From Azolla caroliniana (lineage: Eukaryota; Plantae; Polypodiophyta), in the NCBI GenBank assembly GCA_043228905.1, contig JBHGNT010000014.1, positions 4,712,001 to 4,776,000 on the forward strand: a stretch of 64,000 bases of DNA, given 5' to 3'. Position numbers and translations under genes: made by a program. Under the pieces are notes generated by a model. That model worked only from the letters and a program-made list of their open reading frames with translations. It searched no databases and was not told where the DNA came from. The number at the start of each line of letters is the position of its first letter. Position 1 is the stretch's first letter. Of the stretch, positions 25,700 through 38,726 are shown one piece after another.

Positions 25700-27870
25700 T
25701 GGAGAATCTTATGGTGGGTGACGTACCAATTGGGTTTTGTCCAAAGATGGGGTAGCTAATATTAGGGATGTATTTGCTATGTCAGTCTTGAGTGCGGTGA
25801 CCAACAATCGTGTTGGGAAACTTGTCCCTCCAGATGGGATCTGGATGAGAACCGGACGAGCCAGATCGGACAAGTCGAAGGAAGGAACAGGACCGAAAGG
25901 TATCCGGATGGCCATATTTGTAAATAGCCCCAAAGTTATATATGTATAAATCTAAATAGGACAAAGTGTATTATGGTGGTGGTGTTGTTATTGTGTGTTG
26001 TACAGAGAAAGAGAGAGAGAGAGAGAGAGAGTGTGTGTGTGTGTGTGTGACAGATAGTATTTTCTACTATAACCGCTTGTGGCTAAGACAAAGCTCGAGG
26101 TCGTTGCATCTGAGACTCACACTATTTGTACCCCTCCTCTATAGTGATCTTGTTCGGAGTTAGAGAACTCCCGTGGTTTTCCCTGATTATTGTTTGTGAA
26201 AGTGAAGTCAAGTTTGCTAAACGAAGAAGCTCACTAGAAGGACCAAGAGTCTGGAACCGATTTGAAGGCCTTGGTTACGGAAGACGACCATAACCGGGGA
26301 AGAGGCCGGAATCAGAGTCCCCAAAACCGGGACAAATATGGGACGAGCTCGAAGTCAAGGGGGATGACCACTTGCTTTTATTGCGGAAAGCTAGGGTACT
26401 TCCAAAAGAATCGCCGACACTTCCAGAAAGCCAAAGGGGGAACCAACATTTTGGAACCGAAGAAGATTTCAGAAAAACGAGGAACGTCGGAAATCATGAG
26501 TGAAGAAGAATCGTTGCTAATCACCAAGGAGAGTGAGTTGCATCTTGTTAGTGACGAAACGACGTGGGTGGTCGACTCCGGTGCGTCGTTCCATCTGACC
26601 CCCGACCGGAAGTGCTTCTCATCCTATAGAGTCGGAGATCATGGTTGTGTCCGGATGGGGAATGAAGGTCCATATCAAATTTTCAGCATAGGAGACATGT
26701 TGCTGATGACATCAACTAGGTGCAAGTTGTTGCTGAAAGATGTCTGACACATTCCAGAGGTTCAGTTGAATCTGATATCACCCGGTCGGTTGGATGATGA
26801 GGGCTACACAGGTAGCATCCGGAATGAAGTAATGAAGTTTTTCAAGGGGGGCTTGATTGTGGCTCAAGCTCGGAAGATCAACACACTGTACCTGATGCAT
26901 GCTAGGATATGTCGGGAGGAAGTGAACATGGTATCCAACACTGCCGGTGAACTGTGGCACAAGAGGTTGTGTCACATGAGCTAGAAGGTGATGCGGAGAC
27001 TTGCCAAAGATAACCTCATTCTAGAGGTGAAAGACATGCAGTTTGAGAAGTGCATCGATTGCTTGCCTGGCAAGTAGAACCAAACCTCTTTCCGGTCAAG
27101 ACCACTGACAAGACGGAAAGAACCACTAAAGCTCGTGCACACTGATGTATGCCAAGTGGACACGAAATCCCATGTCGGGTCATAGTACTTCGTGACGTTC
27201 ATAGACGACCACAGCCGGAAGTTATGGGTCTCACCACCGAAGACGAAGCACCAGGTATTATTTGTCTTCAAGGAACTCCACGCGAGAGTGGAAAGAGAAA
27301 CTGACTGAAAGCTGAAGACGGTTCGAGCGGACAATGGAGGAGAATACCGGGGGCAGTTCGAGTAGTACTGTCGGTCGATGGGAATCCGACTCGAATTCAC
27401 TGTGCCCAAGACACCGGAGCTGAACGGATTGGCCGAAAGGATGAACCAGACTATGATGGAGAGAATCTGGAGCATGTTTTCACATGCCAAGCTTTCCAAG
27501 ACGTTTTGGGTTGAGGCGCTGATGACCCTCAATGCCCTTGGATGGAGACACACCACAGAGAGTAGGGATCGATAAAGACGTGTCTTACCGGCATCTGAAG
27601 GTGTTTGGTTGTCTCGCCTACGTACATGTAGCAAAGGACAAGAGAGCAAAACTAGATCCGAAGTCCCAGTCATGCATATTCCTTGGATACGGCGATGATG
27701 AATTTGGCTACCGAGTGTGGGACTTGGTCGACAAGAAGGTTTTCTGGAGTCGAGACATAGTCTTAATGGAAGATTAGACCATTGCCGACTGGGAGTTGTA
27801 GAAGAAGATAGTGAACTCTGGGTCGACCGAGAGAAATCAGTGGGAAGATGCTAGGACGCATCCGATCAGA
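25700..27870 (+). mobile_element. Truncated Copia (Tnt1/Tork-like): partial LTR, gag C-terminus, protease, integrase
   Basis: CFYCGK knuckle, WVVDSGASFH, LWHKRLCHMS, TPELNGLAERMN and VFGCLAYVHV...KLDPKS...FLGY. The LTR is fused directly to late gag at ~26190, with no PBS. No RT. Confidence 0.85.
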
Positions 27871-30136
27871 AGGGTTTAGGGTTTAGGGTTGAAACTGGCT
27901 TGTAACTACAAAAAGTGCGATGATTGATGCTCTTCAGATTGGGCAACCAAATCCCAAGAGTCCTTCATTCCGGTTTACCTTCTTTCTCCAAGCAACTTCT
28001 TTGTAATCACCTCAAATTCTCCATTCTAATCAATCCGTGTAAACCCTATTTTGAAAATGGGAATATTTTGTAAAAAATTAGTGGGTGTTTCCTTGATCCA
28101 AGAGTTTGTTGTATTAAGCATTGATTTTAATTACCATTTTCCTTGTGTATTCATGTTAAGTGGAGGGAAAGAGAGTGAGGGAGGTCGATTTTGGCGTCTA
28201 CCGAGTTTTCCTCAAATCACAATTTCTCACACCAATGTTTCCTTGAATCAAGGTTTCCTCAAACCACATTTTCCTCATTCATCATAATGTCATGATGTGG
28301 GAGTTCACTAGAGGAAATGTGTCAAACTTAGGATATAAGAAAAGGTGAAGGATAAGGCAGAGATATGACAAGAAGTGTGGAGTGACAAGCTCAACATGTA
28401 GCAGGATTGGTTGGAAGCGCTAAAAGCTCGATCAGTTGAAGGCTAGATGCCGACTCGGCTGAAGAAGCCGAAGCCGAATTGGCTGGTAGGATCATATATG
28501 AGTCGAAAGACGTCCATAGGGCCGAATCAACAGTTAGGCCATTATGACGCTAAATTCTAGGACCTAGGTATCTAACTTACTTTCAGAATGTTTAGTTAGC
28601 TAAAAAATATGAGGTGTAATTGTATCCATGTTATTAAAATGAGTTATAATTTATAGTTTGACCCATACTCGTATGTATATAATTGTTCAGAATGTAAGAT
28701 AGTGAACCTTAGGATAATGTGATTGATATAACAAACTTATTAAGGCTTTCAATACTTGTGTTTAAAGTTGATGCAATCTAATCCTTAGGTGATTCTCATG
28801 GGATCGAACTTTGAAGGATAATGCTAGTTAAGCTACAAGCATATAAAACATGTGGATATTGATGAGAGGTGTACTCCAAGGTTGTGCAACTAATGGGACA
28901 GTGTGGCATTGACCGTTATCAACACACTACCCAATGTAAGCAGCAATGAAACAAATTGTTGAGAGATCAAGCTCAACTTAGTTTAGTTAGTTAGTCAACA
29001 CATGTAACTTAGTAGTTACCTAGATAGAATCTAGTTAGTGTGTTGACCATAAAGCCTTAAATAAGATTTTGTACTTGAGTGGGATACACTGTAGATCCAC
29101 CACTCCATGCTAATTTAATATAGGACTTACACATTTTACGTATATTCTCCTAGCACATGTGCACCCTTGCACATGAAACCTATCTATACCTCATTGAAGG
29201 TATTTTTGGATTTGATGATAGTTGATGATATTTACCTTTTAACATACTTTATCATCCCCCATCTTGTTTTGAGTTCATAAGTGTACTTCTCTCTCTCTCT
29301 TCCTCTCACACACATACACGCACATATCACTTAATCTTCCGCTACGTAATCACTTAACTTAATCACATAATTAGGTAATAATTATTCTTTAATTAATTAC
29401 CTAATCCTTAACACAAACAAACATAATAGTTTGATAATTATGAGCACACTACACATTCTAAGCAGTAATAGAAGACAAAGAACCATAATATATGGACAAT
29501 TATATATTAGACACAGTTTGACAGTCTCGACAACAAATCTCAATTAATGACATGGACAATCTTGACGACCAATCAATGGGGAAAATATGGTCAGGTAAAC
29601 TTTGACCTTGAAGATTGTTACTATCAATGAGTCATGTATCTTGATGCTCGAAATCAGCCTTAAGGTTAACTAATTCATGTTTCTCCATATTAGAGACAAC
29701 AATAGATGCATGAAATTAGGCTTAAGGTTAAGTAAATCATGTTTCTCCACATTAGAGTCAACAACATATGCGCGAAATCAGGCTTAAGGTTAAGTAAGGT
29801 TCCCTTACACAATAATTGAATAACCTTCATATAGTTTTAACTTTTCAAAGTCATAAGTCAACAAGCCAAGTATACAGGAATATAATTGAAAAATATAGAA
29901 GAATGTAAACAATGGAGTACACCAACGAAAGAACCCAAATTTTGTATTAGAAATTGGAATTCATAAGTTTACACTTCATCAACAAAACGTTCTATTACAT
30001 AGCAATCAAATCATCAACGTCAGTATCCTTCTCGTTTGTTAGAGAAGGCTCATAAGTTATCTATGCATTGTCTTCCTCTGTTAGCCGAGCAACCGTTGTC
30101 GTGTTATTTTTCACGCGCGGGAGAAACCAAGGCGGG

Positions 30137-31015
30137 TGTCAAGGCCTTAGCTTGACAAAAGAAGATTGAACAAGAGAGGAAAAGAAAGAGAGAACAATGA
30201 CAATATTTTTATTATAATAGGAAAATATACAAGAGCAAGAGCTAGAATATTTTCCAAAGACTAGTGTTGAACCAGAATGGTTCTAACAATACAATATGTC
30301 CTATTTATATAGGAGTAGTATGTCCCCCTTGGATGTTTGTAGGGTCATGATACCCTTTGGGATGTTGTAGGGTCATAATACCCTTTGGGATATTGAAGGG
30401 TCATGGCACCCTTTGGGATATTGAAGGGTCAAGGCACCCTTTGGATATTTATAGGGTTACATTATCAATATTATAATAAAGTAAATTATAATATCTTTAC
30501 GTAAAACAAATATAACCTAATGGCTAGAGTTGAGTGCTCCTCCTTAGGAGATCACGGGTTCGAGTCACCCTAAACATGATAGGGTTTCATCTACTCACGA
30601 CACCATCTCCCTCCTTTGATGATGAGTTCCACGAGTCGTAATGCATGAATTGGGGCTCGGCTTATTTGGATATTGACGATGAAATTCAGCTGCCAAATCG
30701 GAGGCGTTGTCAAGATTCTCGGCCGGTTCCCAAGTACGATCATTAGGTTTATAACCTAACCAGTTCACGAGATAATAAAGCTTCTTACGTACTATCTTGG
30801 AGTCTAGAACAGCTTTGACTTCGAATATTGAGCCATCAACAAGTTGAATCGGAGGTGGGGGTAGAACAACCCGATTTGGAATGGAACTAGCATTGTAAGG
30901 TTCTAACAATGAGACATGAAATACTGGGTGTAGATGCATGTGTGGGGGTAGATCAAGGCGGAATGCAACATCATTGATTTAATGAGAGATAATAAATGGA
31001 CCAAGCCATTGATAA
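30137..31015 (-). mobile_element. 3' end of a Tcn1-like chromovirus: integrase GPF, chromodomain, PPT, 3' LTR (30137-30602)
   Basis: HPVFHVSLLEP and YYLVNWLGY...TWEPAENL chromodomain; PPT AGGAGGGAGATGG; LTR TGTCGT...TTGACA with ~30-bp tandem U3 repeats. Confidence 0.88.
30510..30572 (+). ncRNA. tRNA-like A/B-box cassette in LTR U3
   Basis: TAACCTAATGG at 30513-30523 (one mismatch to the A box); GGTTCGAGTCA at 30557-30567. Confidence 0.5.
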
Positions 31016-31034
31016 TGATCGACCGATACTTGGA

Positions 31035-32542
31035 GATGGCGTCCTCAAGCTATCAAGCGGGAGAGTTTGAAAGGATGATGCTAATCGTCGAACAAATGAT
31101 GAGTTCTCGAGAGAGTTTGAAAGGATGATGCTAATCGTCGAACAAATGATGAGTTCTCGAGACAACGATGTGAGCGTGGAGCTCGAGGGTCAATTTGATG
31201 GAAGGAACATTACAAAGTTCCTTGATGCATACAAAAGGGAGATGAATCAAAGGGTCGTGTCCGAAGCACGTCAAATCGCAAGCTTCAAGAAGGCAAGACA
31301 ACATGGTCCGAATTTGAGAAAGTGATATTAGCAGAGTTTGCGACAAAAGATTTGTCGAGGATAACTTGACATACCTTGATGAAGTGGATAGAAAAGAAGA
31401 ATAAGAGGATGAGCGTTTCGACGGTGTACAACGAGTTTGGCCAAATGTTTCGTCGTCTCCCAGCCACAGACCAAGTGTTGCTTGAGGAGGACAAAACTTT
31501 GTACTTCCTGAAAGCTATGGATATGAAAGATAGACGAGAATTGGGGACTCTCCTCGAAGATGATTCCCAAGTGAATGGGCTTGTGGCAGACTGGGTTGCG
31601 GTGAAGCGAGCATGCAACAAGCTTGACAAGCGTCGTCAATGGCTTGATGATATTGACTTGGTAAGACCAAGCGTAGAAAAATCAAGACCATCTAAAGAAG
31701 TAGAGATGCCTAAACAATGCATCCTACACGAAAAGAAGATTGATGATGACTCGAGGATGACGAAGGCCACTTCAAAGGAGGACAAATGTTTCGGGACGTG
31801 CACCGTGTTCGAAACAATGGATAATGAAGGAGCAAGCCCAATCGAAGCTTGCATTAAAGGAGATAAAGAGTGTGAGATCGACATGATGGAGGATCTAACC
31901 ACTAAAATCAACATGGAGGAGGTGGCTATGAACAAGACAATAAGCGTTGACAACGATCACAGCCACATTTTCTCCACACATGTTCGAGAGACTTGGGCAG
32001 TTGCATCCAAGAGACGAAAGGTGTCGACAAGGAAACAAAGGTTGAAACTAATACATGCGACGAAGAGTGAAGCATAATCGAAGCTTGCTCGATCAAGAGG
32101 TTCAATGGGTACGAGGCCCATGAGATTGAAGAGATAGCCACGAAAAATGGCATCGAGTCAGAGGTGGCTATGGAAGAATTAATGGCAGATGGTCACATTG
32201 AGGATTCCTTCACACAAGTTCCAGAGACTTGGGCAGTTGTAGAGAGCCAACATGAGACCCAAGAGATGGAAGATGGTAGTAAGGAGAAGGACCAAGATGG
32301 TGCCCACAACATCGAGGCGAAGATAGATATCGACGAGTCGATGGTGAATGATGGCAATGACAAGACTTTCCCCTCACTAGTTCCAGAGACTTGGGCAGTT
32401 GCGTCCGAGAACCAACAGAAGACCTAAGAGACGGAAGGTGGCAACAAGGGGGAGTTCCAATCTAATGTGAAAGATGACATCAAGACAAAGGTGTCGAAGG
32501 CGATTGACCAAAGACAAATGGATTCCTTCGCACATGTTCTAG
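31035..32542 (+). pseudogene. Gag-like ORF fragment with repetitive acidic C-terminus
   Basis: FDGRNITKFLDAY gag-like motif; a ~45-bp tandem duplication; repeated ETWAV units; stops and frameshifts. Confidence 0.5.
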
Positions 32543-33347
32543 TGTTATGATTAATAAAAAATGGCTATGAATCAAAACATGTTTTTGTTTTCTTTGGAAT
32601 TGCTAAGCTTCACACCACAATTTCGGTGGTTTTTACAATAATCGGTTATGAAATAATCAAAGGCTAAAATAATCTAGCGAAGGTGAGTCTAGTGGGCTCC
32701 GAGCTCGACTACTTCCGACGGCCATGTTGCCTCGATTCGGAGTAGCCCTCGTGCCAGTACAACTTCCCTTCCGCAATGGGCCACTGAGTTTACTACCACC
32801 GAGATGTCGAAGAAGTTGATGTATAAGGAATACAAGCCCTAAAATATCTCGAGTAAGAAGTATAATAGAGGCAAAACTCTCAAACCCTAAAATCCTAACT
32901 CCTCTAGTATGTTGAGGAGAAAAGAAGAAAAGTAGAAAGAAGAAGCTCTCAAACCCTAACCCTAGAAGGAAAAGAAGAAGGAGAAAGGGAGGCTATCAAA
33001 CCCCAAGAAGAAGAGGAGAAGATGAAACCCTAGTGGTATACCCCTACAGCAAAATGGGTGACCCCATAATAAGCCCTATTCCTCCCCTCTTATAGAGGAC
33101 AGAGGCACCTATATTAACATTACATGTTGTTTTTTATTTCCTTTGTCACAAAAAAGGAAGGGGAACAAAATACTCCTTGGTTTGCACCAAGAGAGACTTG
33201 AACTCTAAACCTCTCTATATATACTTATTAGGCCTAACCACTAGGCTACTATAAATTATCTAGTTATTTCTTTTCATTTATACATGACTTTATGAGATGT
33301 GTGTGGAACCTCGTTCTTTCTCAAACTGAACATGCCACACCACGACA
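32543..33347 (-). mobile_element. LTR (805 bp) of a further family, with no matching TSD
   Basis: TGTTATG...CACGACA termini; probable minus-strand TATA near 33092; abuts the Tcn1 RT at LILP. Confidence 0.65.
33185..33250 (-). ncRNA. tRNA-like A/B-box cassette in LTR U3
   Basis: Minus-strand A box TAGCCTAGTGG at 33249-33239 and B box AGTTCAAGTCT at 33205-33195. Confidence 0.5.
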
Positions 33348-36300
33348 ACGGCAAAATAAGTTTTGAGTAGTCTCGCATAAACTTGCGATAGAAGTTTGCG
33401 AATCCTAGAAAGCATTGCACATCTCGCAACAAACGTGGAGTCTGCCACTCTAGCACAGTTTGGACTTTAGCCGGATCCATAGAGATGCCTTCCGAGGAAA
33501 TGACATAGCCGAGAAATTTCACTTGGCTACAGTCAAATCTACATTTGTCCAGCTTTGCATAAAGACCATGTTATCGTAGTCGTCTTAGTACAAATAGTAC
33601 ATGAGAATCATGCTCCTCTTGTGTCATTGAACAAACTAGCAAATCATCCAAGTAGATGATTAAACAAATGTCCAAAAGATCTCAGAATATGTCATTTGCC
33701 ATTGGAAGACTATTGGCGCATTGGTGAGGCCGAATGGCATAACTGTATACTCGAAGTGCCCATATCGGGTGCGGAAAGTTGTCTTCCATTCGTCTCCCGG
33801 TTGAATCCGTACGAGGTTATATGCTCCTCGTAAGTCAATTCTTGTGAAAAACTTGGCGCCATTAATCCTTTCTAAAAGACTCGAGATCAAGGGAAGTGCA
33901 TACCTATTCCTGATGGTGACCTTATTCAAGCCACGGTAATCCATGACTAGACAAAGTGAGCCATCTTTTTTCTTGACGAAGAAAATGGGTGCATCGGCTG
34001 GAGATTTAGAATGTCGAATGAACCCGTTTGCCAAATTTTCATCTATGTAAGCTTGAAGAACTTCAAGCTCTGTTGGTGACAAGCTGTAGATTGGTCCCCA
34101 CAGCGGCTCTTTTCCTGGTTGGAAATCAATGGGACAATCATACGGTCGATGATGAGGAAGAGTACTAGCTTTTACCTTATCAAAAACGTCGGCATAATGA
34201 TGATACTTTTTTGGAAGTTGAATTGTTGACTCCTCCTTAGCAGTGTTGGAAGGTTTCACTGATACTACGAATACAAACATTTATTCTGTGTGTCCTTCCT
34301 CTCGCAGTTGATGTAGCGAAATGGTTGAAACCTTATGAGTAGATTGTTGGGGTTGTCGATACATGATTTCTCTTATTCTCCAATCTATGTCCAGATTGTG
34401 TAATTCGAACCATGGTAACCCCAAAACAATGGGATGTTCTAGGCTACTAATTATATTAAACGATACTACACACACCAAATTATCTAAGACAATACTAATT
34501 GGCTCTGATTCTTCTATGATATTTCCAGAAGGAATGGGACAACCACTAATGTCTACTACAGATGCCGGGCAGGGAAGTTTTCTTAGGGATATCTATGAGC
34601 TTGTGCAAAATTCCTATCCATGAAGCAAGAATTACCTCCGGAATCTAAGAGTGCTAAGATACATACTCGAGGGGTACTTTTAGTACTAACTGTTACTTGA
34701 GCTAAGAACTCATTGCTAACTTGCTTAGAGGGAATGGAACCACCAATGGGTCGCACAGATTTAGGGTTGTCCAACCAAACAACTCCTATTTTGGCTGGAT
34801 TTAGTCGTTTAACTCTTCTTTTAACTGACTAAGGACATAAAATTTGTTCAATAGACTTGGGCTATTAGTACTATTAGGACTAACAGATATTCCTATTGAA
34901 ATAGACTCGAGTTTAGTACAATTAGTACTAGCGACTATTTGGTTTACTTGTCTTCTTGGCCTATAGGGACAGTTCACTGCAATATGCCTCAGTCCACCAC
35001 AATAAAGACATAGTCGATTTGTTCGGCATCGCTGCTTTTCCTCTTCCGAGAATGGTCCGCGACGACGTGTGGTGTCGATTTCCATCGGAGTTGGAGTATT
35101 TGCTGGAGATGCATTATATGACTCTCGTGGAAAAGGTTTTGCTACAACTGAGGCATAGGTGGGCCCTGATCTTGTCCTTGGCATCTGGAACTAACGTTCA
35201 GAACGTTGTTCGAAAAGGCGGTTATCGCATTGTACCGCATAACTGATTGCTTCTACCAATGACTTTGGCTCTTCGGGGAAAGTCAAGAGTAAATCCTTGA
35301 CATCATTACGTAGGCCATAACGAAATTGCTCCATTAATGCATGGTCATCCCAGGGAATATCGATGGCGAGAATACGGAAATCCACGGCATAAGCTGAGGC
35401 CGGCCGATCACCTTAGCGCAATCTTCGGATTTTGTTGATTGTCATTCTAACATTGTCGGTATCTCCAAAACAGGCTTTAAACTCGCTAATAAACTCTTCA
35501 AAATCATTTAACAAGGGAGAGCTTTTTTCTAACAGGGGGGTGAACCATGCCAAAGTCATGCCACTAAGTAGCGTGCCTACTAGTCCCACTCGTGATGCAT
35601 CGGTTGGATATCGAGAAGGATGCATTCGAATCACTAAACGTACCTAATTAAGAAAACCTCTAAACTATGATCGGGTCCCATCAAATTTCATAGGAAGACC
35701 GATCTTGGGTTCTTTGTGAGTCCCTTGAGCACTTGATCCTTGTTGTTGTAATGATACAATAGTTGCTTCAAGTTGTTGCACTCGTAACGTCAGCTCCTTG
35801 TGTTGTTTTTCTAGAGCTATTTGTTGAAGATCCCCCAACTGATGGTGATTTTCTTGTTCTAATGCTACAAACTTCTCTTTTAAGCACTGGAGCTCCAAGA
35901 AAACAGATTGGTATTCTTGAGCGCTAACAATTGCCATTTATTAGGGAGGATAAGAGGATTCGTATGAAGGGAAGGAGGGATAAGAGGATGACTGAATTCG
36001 GTTCAAACTATCAAGAATAGTACTAAAAACAGAGAGAGAATTAGTATTAGAGAAGGAAAGTATTCTAAGGATTAGTACTAAGAGGAAGGGAGTGTGTAAG
36101 ACTCATGAGAGAGAGAGAGTGAGCGATGATAACAATTGATATATTATATGAAGATTAAGTACAAGAATAGCTAGGAGGCTTAAGACTAGCGTTGAACAGA
36201 ATTGGTTCGAAATAATGCCTTGTGCCTCTTTTTATAGTGCTGTCAGGAGTACTCCTAAAGTTTCTAGAATGTTCCAGAGAAATCTGGAATGTACATCAAT

Positions 36301-36422
36301 TTTCTGTAGTGAAATAATAAATAAAAACAATGCTCTTAGTTTAATGGTAAGTCTTTAACCTATGTGGCACTAGGTGATGGGTTCAAATACTTTTTAATGT
36401 CATACCATTTCTCTGTATTACA
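33348..36422 (-). mobile_element. 5' part of a Tcn1-like chromovirus: 5' LTR (36095-36422), gag, protease, RT
   Basis: PMKFDG, TPMEID, CLYCG...[45 protein letters not shown] and FLGFANFYR, with stops and frameshifts. Confidence 0.9.
36330..36395 (+). ncRNA. tRNA-like A/B-box cassette in LTR U3
   Basis: TAGTTTAATGG at 36337-36347; GGTTCAAATAC at 36380-36390, followed by TTTTT. Confidence 0.5.
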
Positions 36423-38648
36423 ATGTTTTGAAAATTAGAATTTCATCGTTGTTGTGTGAATGGGTTTCCGTCCAAAATCAATCAAAGAATTTTGTTTGCT
36501 ACATTTGACATATTTCAAAGGTGTTCAACTTGAATTGATTATACCAACTTGTCACCCATACAGCTAAGGACAATCAAAACTTCACCACTTTTGAAGTTTT
36601 TGAGCATTTAATTGTTGTTAGTTATCAATATTCCATAAATTCAAGTACATGATGGTGATTTAGATCTTCTAATGATGGAACTTCATGTAAAGAAATGTCA
36701 TATGGTCATACAAGATTTCGTGGTAGTGTTGTTGATTCATCAATGTTTTGTTCTTCCACATTTCCCCAACAATTACTTTATCCAACAATGTTTTGATTCA
36801 TCACTATAGCTTTGCCAATCAATTCTCTTTGTCTTTAATTACCTCTTGATCCTAGTGTGATTGTCATTAATTTCACTTGGTCATTCTTCTATCTATGTCA
36901 CTTCATCTCAAATTACGTCCAAGTACATTGCTAACATCCAAATAGCTTATGGAAAGTATAGTCTATATGATTTACGTTTTTGTGTCTCCCATTGATACTA
37001 TTACAATATAAACCAATATAGAATTACAAATAGACTTCCACAACTACTAGATAATAAATGTCTAGTCATATTATAATGGTTTCTAGCTACAATTAGCATA
37101 CGCTACACTTGCTAACATAGATTATATAAGTTGATTCTTTAAGAAACAAACACCCTCTTTACAATGATTTCAAACTACATTGGTGCATATATAGTAAATC
37201 CATTCTATTTGCAAATCTTGGTTCACTAGGTAATGAGGGCCATATGTCTGGTGAACAATTTGTTTGATGGATATGTCTTCAATGGTGTTTCACAAAGCTG
37301 CCTCATCAATGACAGCTAAATTAAGTAAGCCTGCTATTTTATGCCAAGATTTAACTTTCATGTCTTTATCGTTATCTTTCACGATGTACACCCTTTGTGG
37401 AGCTTCAACATTGAGAAAGGTTTATGTTTACCCTCATGACATCCCATATTCATCACTTAGCAAGAAAGGAACTCAGACAAGAATCTACGTGGAACAAATC
37501 AACATGTATGAATGCATCAATCAACCCCTTGGGTTACAAAATCAGCTCAACGTTGTACAACGTAGAGAAAGCTCAGATTCTACAAAATGACTTAATAAAA
37601 GCAAAGATTGAATATCATAAACACCACTACTCATAAAAATACATCCTAATCAGAAAAACAGGACTATGAGTTCTAGTCCCAATGTCCCCGATTATTGTGC
37701 GACATCTCACTTGTTGGGATTCCTTGGCGGAAAGAGTAGAAAAACAAGTTCCATGGCATAAAGAATCGGGGAGCCCAGAATATATTGACAAAAAGTAAGA
37801 AAAGGGATCGAAGGCCTTCCCATTGTACGAGGAAAAAGAATAATTTCCTATATTGACAGTAGCACACCCTACCGATTCTGGTCTGCACATCTCTCCCTAT
37901 CTCTGCTCCACAAGAGAAAAGGTTACAGGTAAGAAAACAATGTTCTAAAATTTGACTCATCCATGTCAACTATTGATATTCAATGGGACACAGGTTTTTT
38001 TATGAAATACATTCCGGGTAAACATCCCCAGCATATGCAACAAGACACCAAAACAAATGACAACTAGATGAGAATAGAGATATTATCATTTCTATAAAAT
38101 ATATCTCATTCACAGACCCATATGAGATATCAAGTCTGAGAATGGAAGTTCCATAATTTTTACAACAAACCCAAATATAATGATTGATTCATGGAAATGA
38201 CAGTGTCCAAACACATTTCCACTGTCCATAGTAATTTCCAACTTCCCCAAAAGAGGCATTGCAAAATGTGGAAAAATATAAAATATAAAAGGAAACCACA
38301 CCAATTAGTTATCTAGAACTCTTAGATACATAAATACATTAACGCATGCACTCAAAAGCACATTTTATCCTAAAGTCCTGAACCATGCAACTCTACGAAA
38401 ATTTACTACCAATTAAGAAATAAGAGACAGCTATGTATTCATTCATGTAAGTTCCAATCACTAATTTGGAAAGGTGATACAATTCTGTTGAAAAGGATAA
38501 GGGTACAAAATGGTGACAAGATTTGTTTCATGTGGCTGCATCAAAACCTGATAACTGCAAGAAATACATGAGCATATATTTTGAATGAAAGCAAATTTCC
38601 AGTCAAAAGAAACATTACTTGAGTTTAAATAGTGGTGAAGTTGTATTC

Positions 38649-38689
<41 letters not shown>

Positions 38690-38726
38690 ACCTTTGCACT
38701 CATTAGTAAAAATGTAAACGAGAATC

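Noticed and set aside
37264-38304. Short ORFs downstream of SEC11
   Set aside because: No recognisable motifs or coherent exon chain; possibly UTR or decayed LINE sequence.
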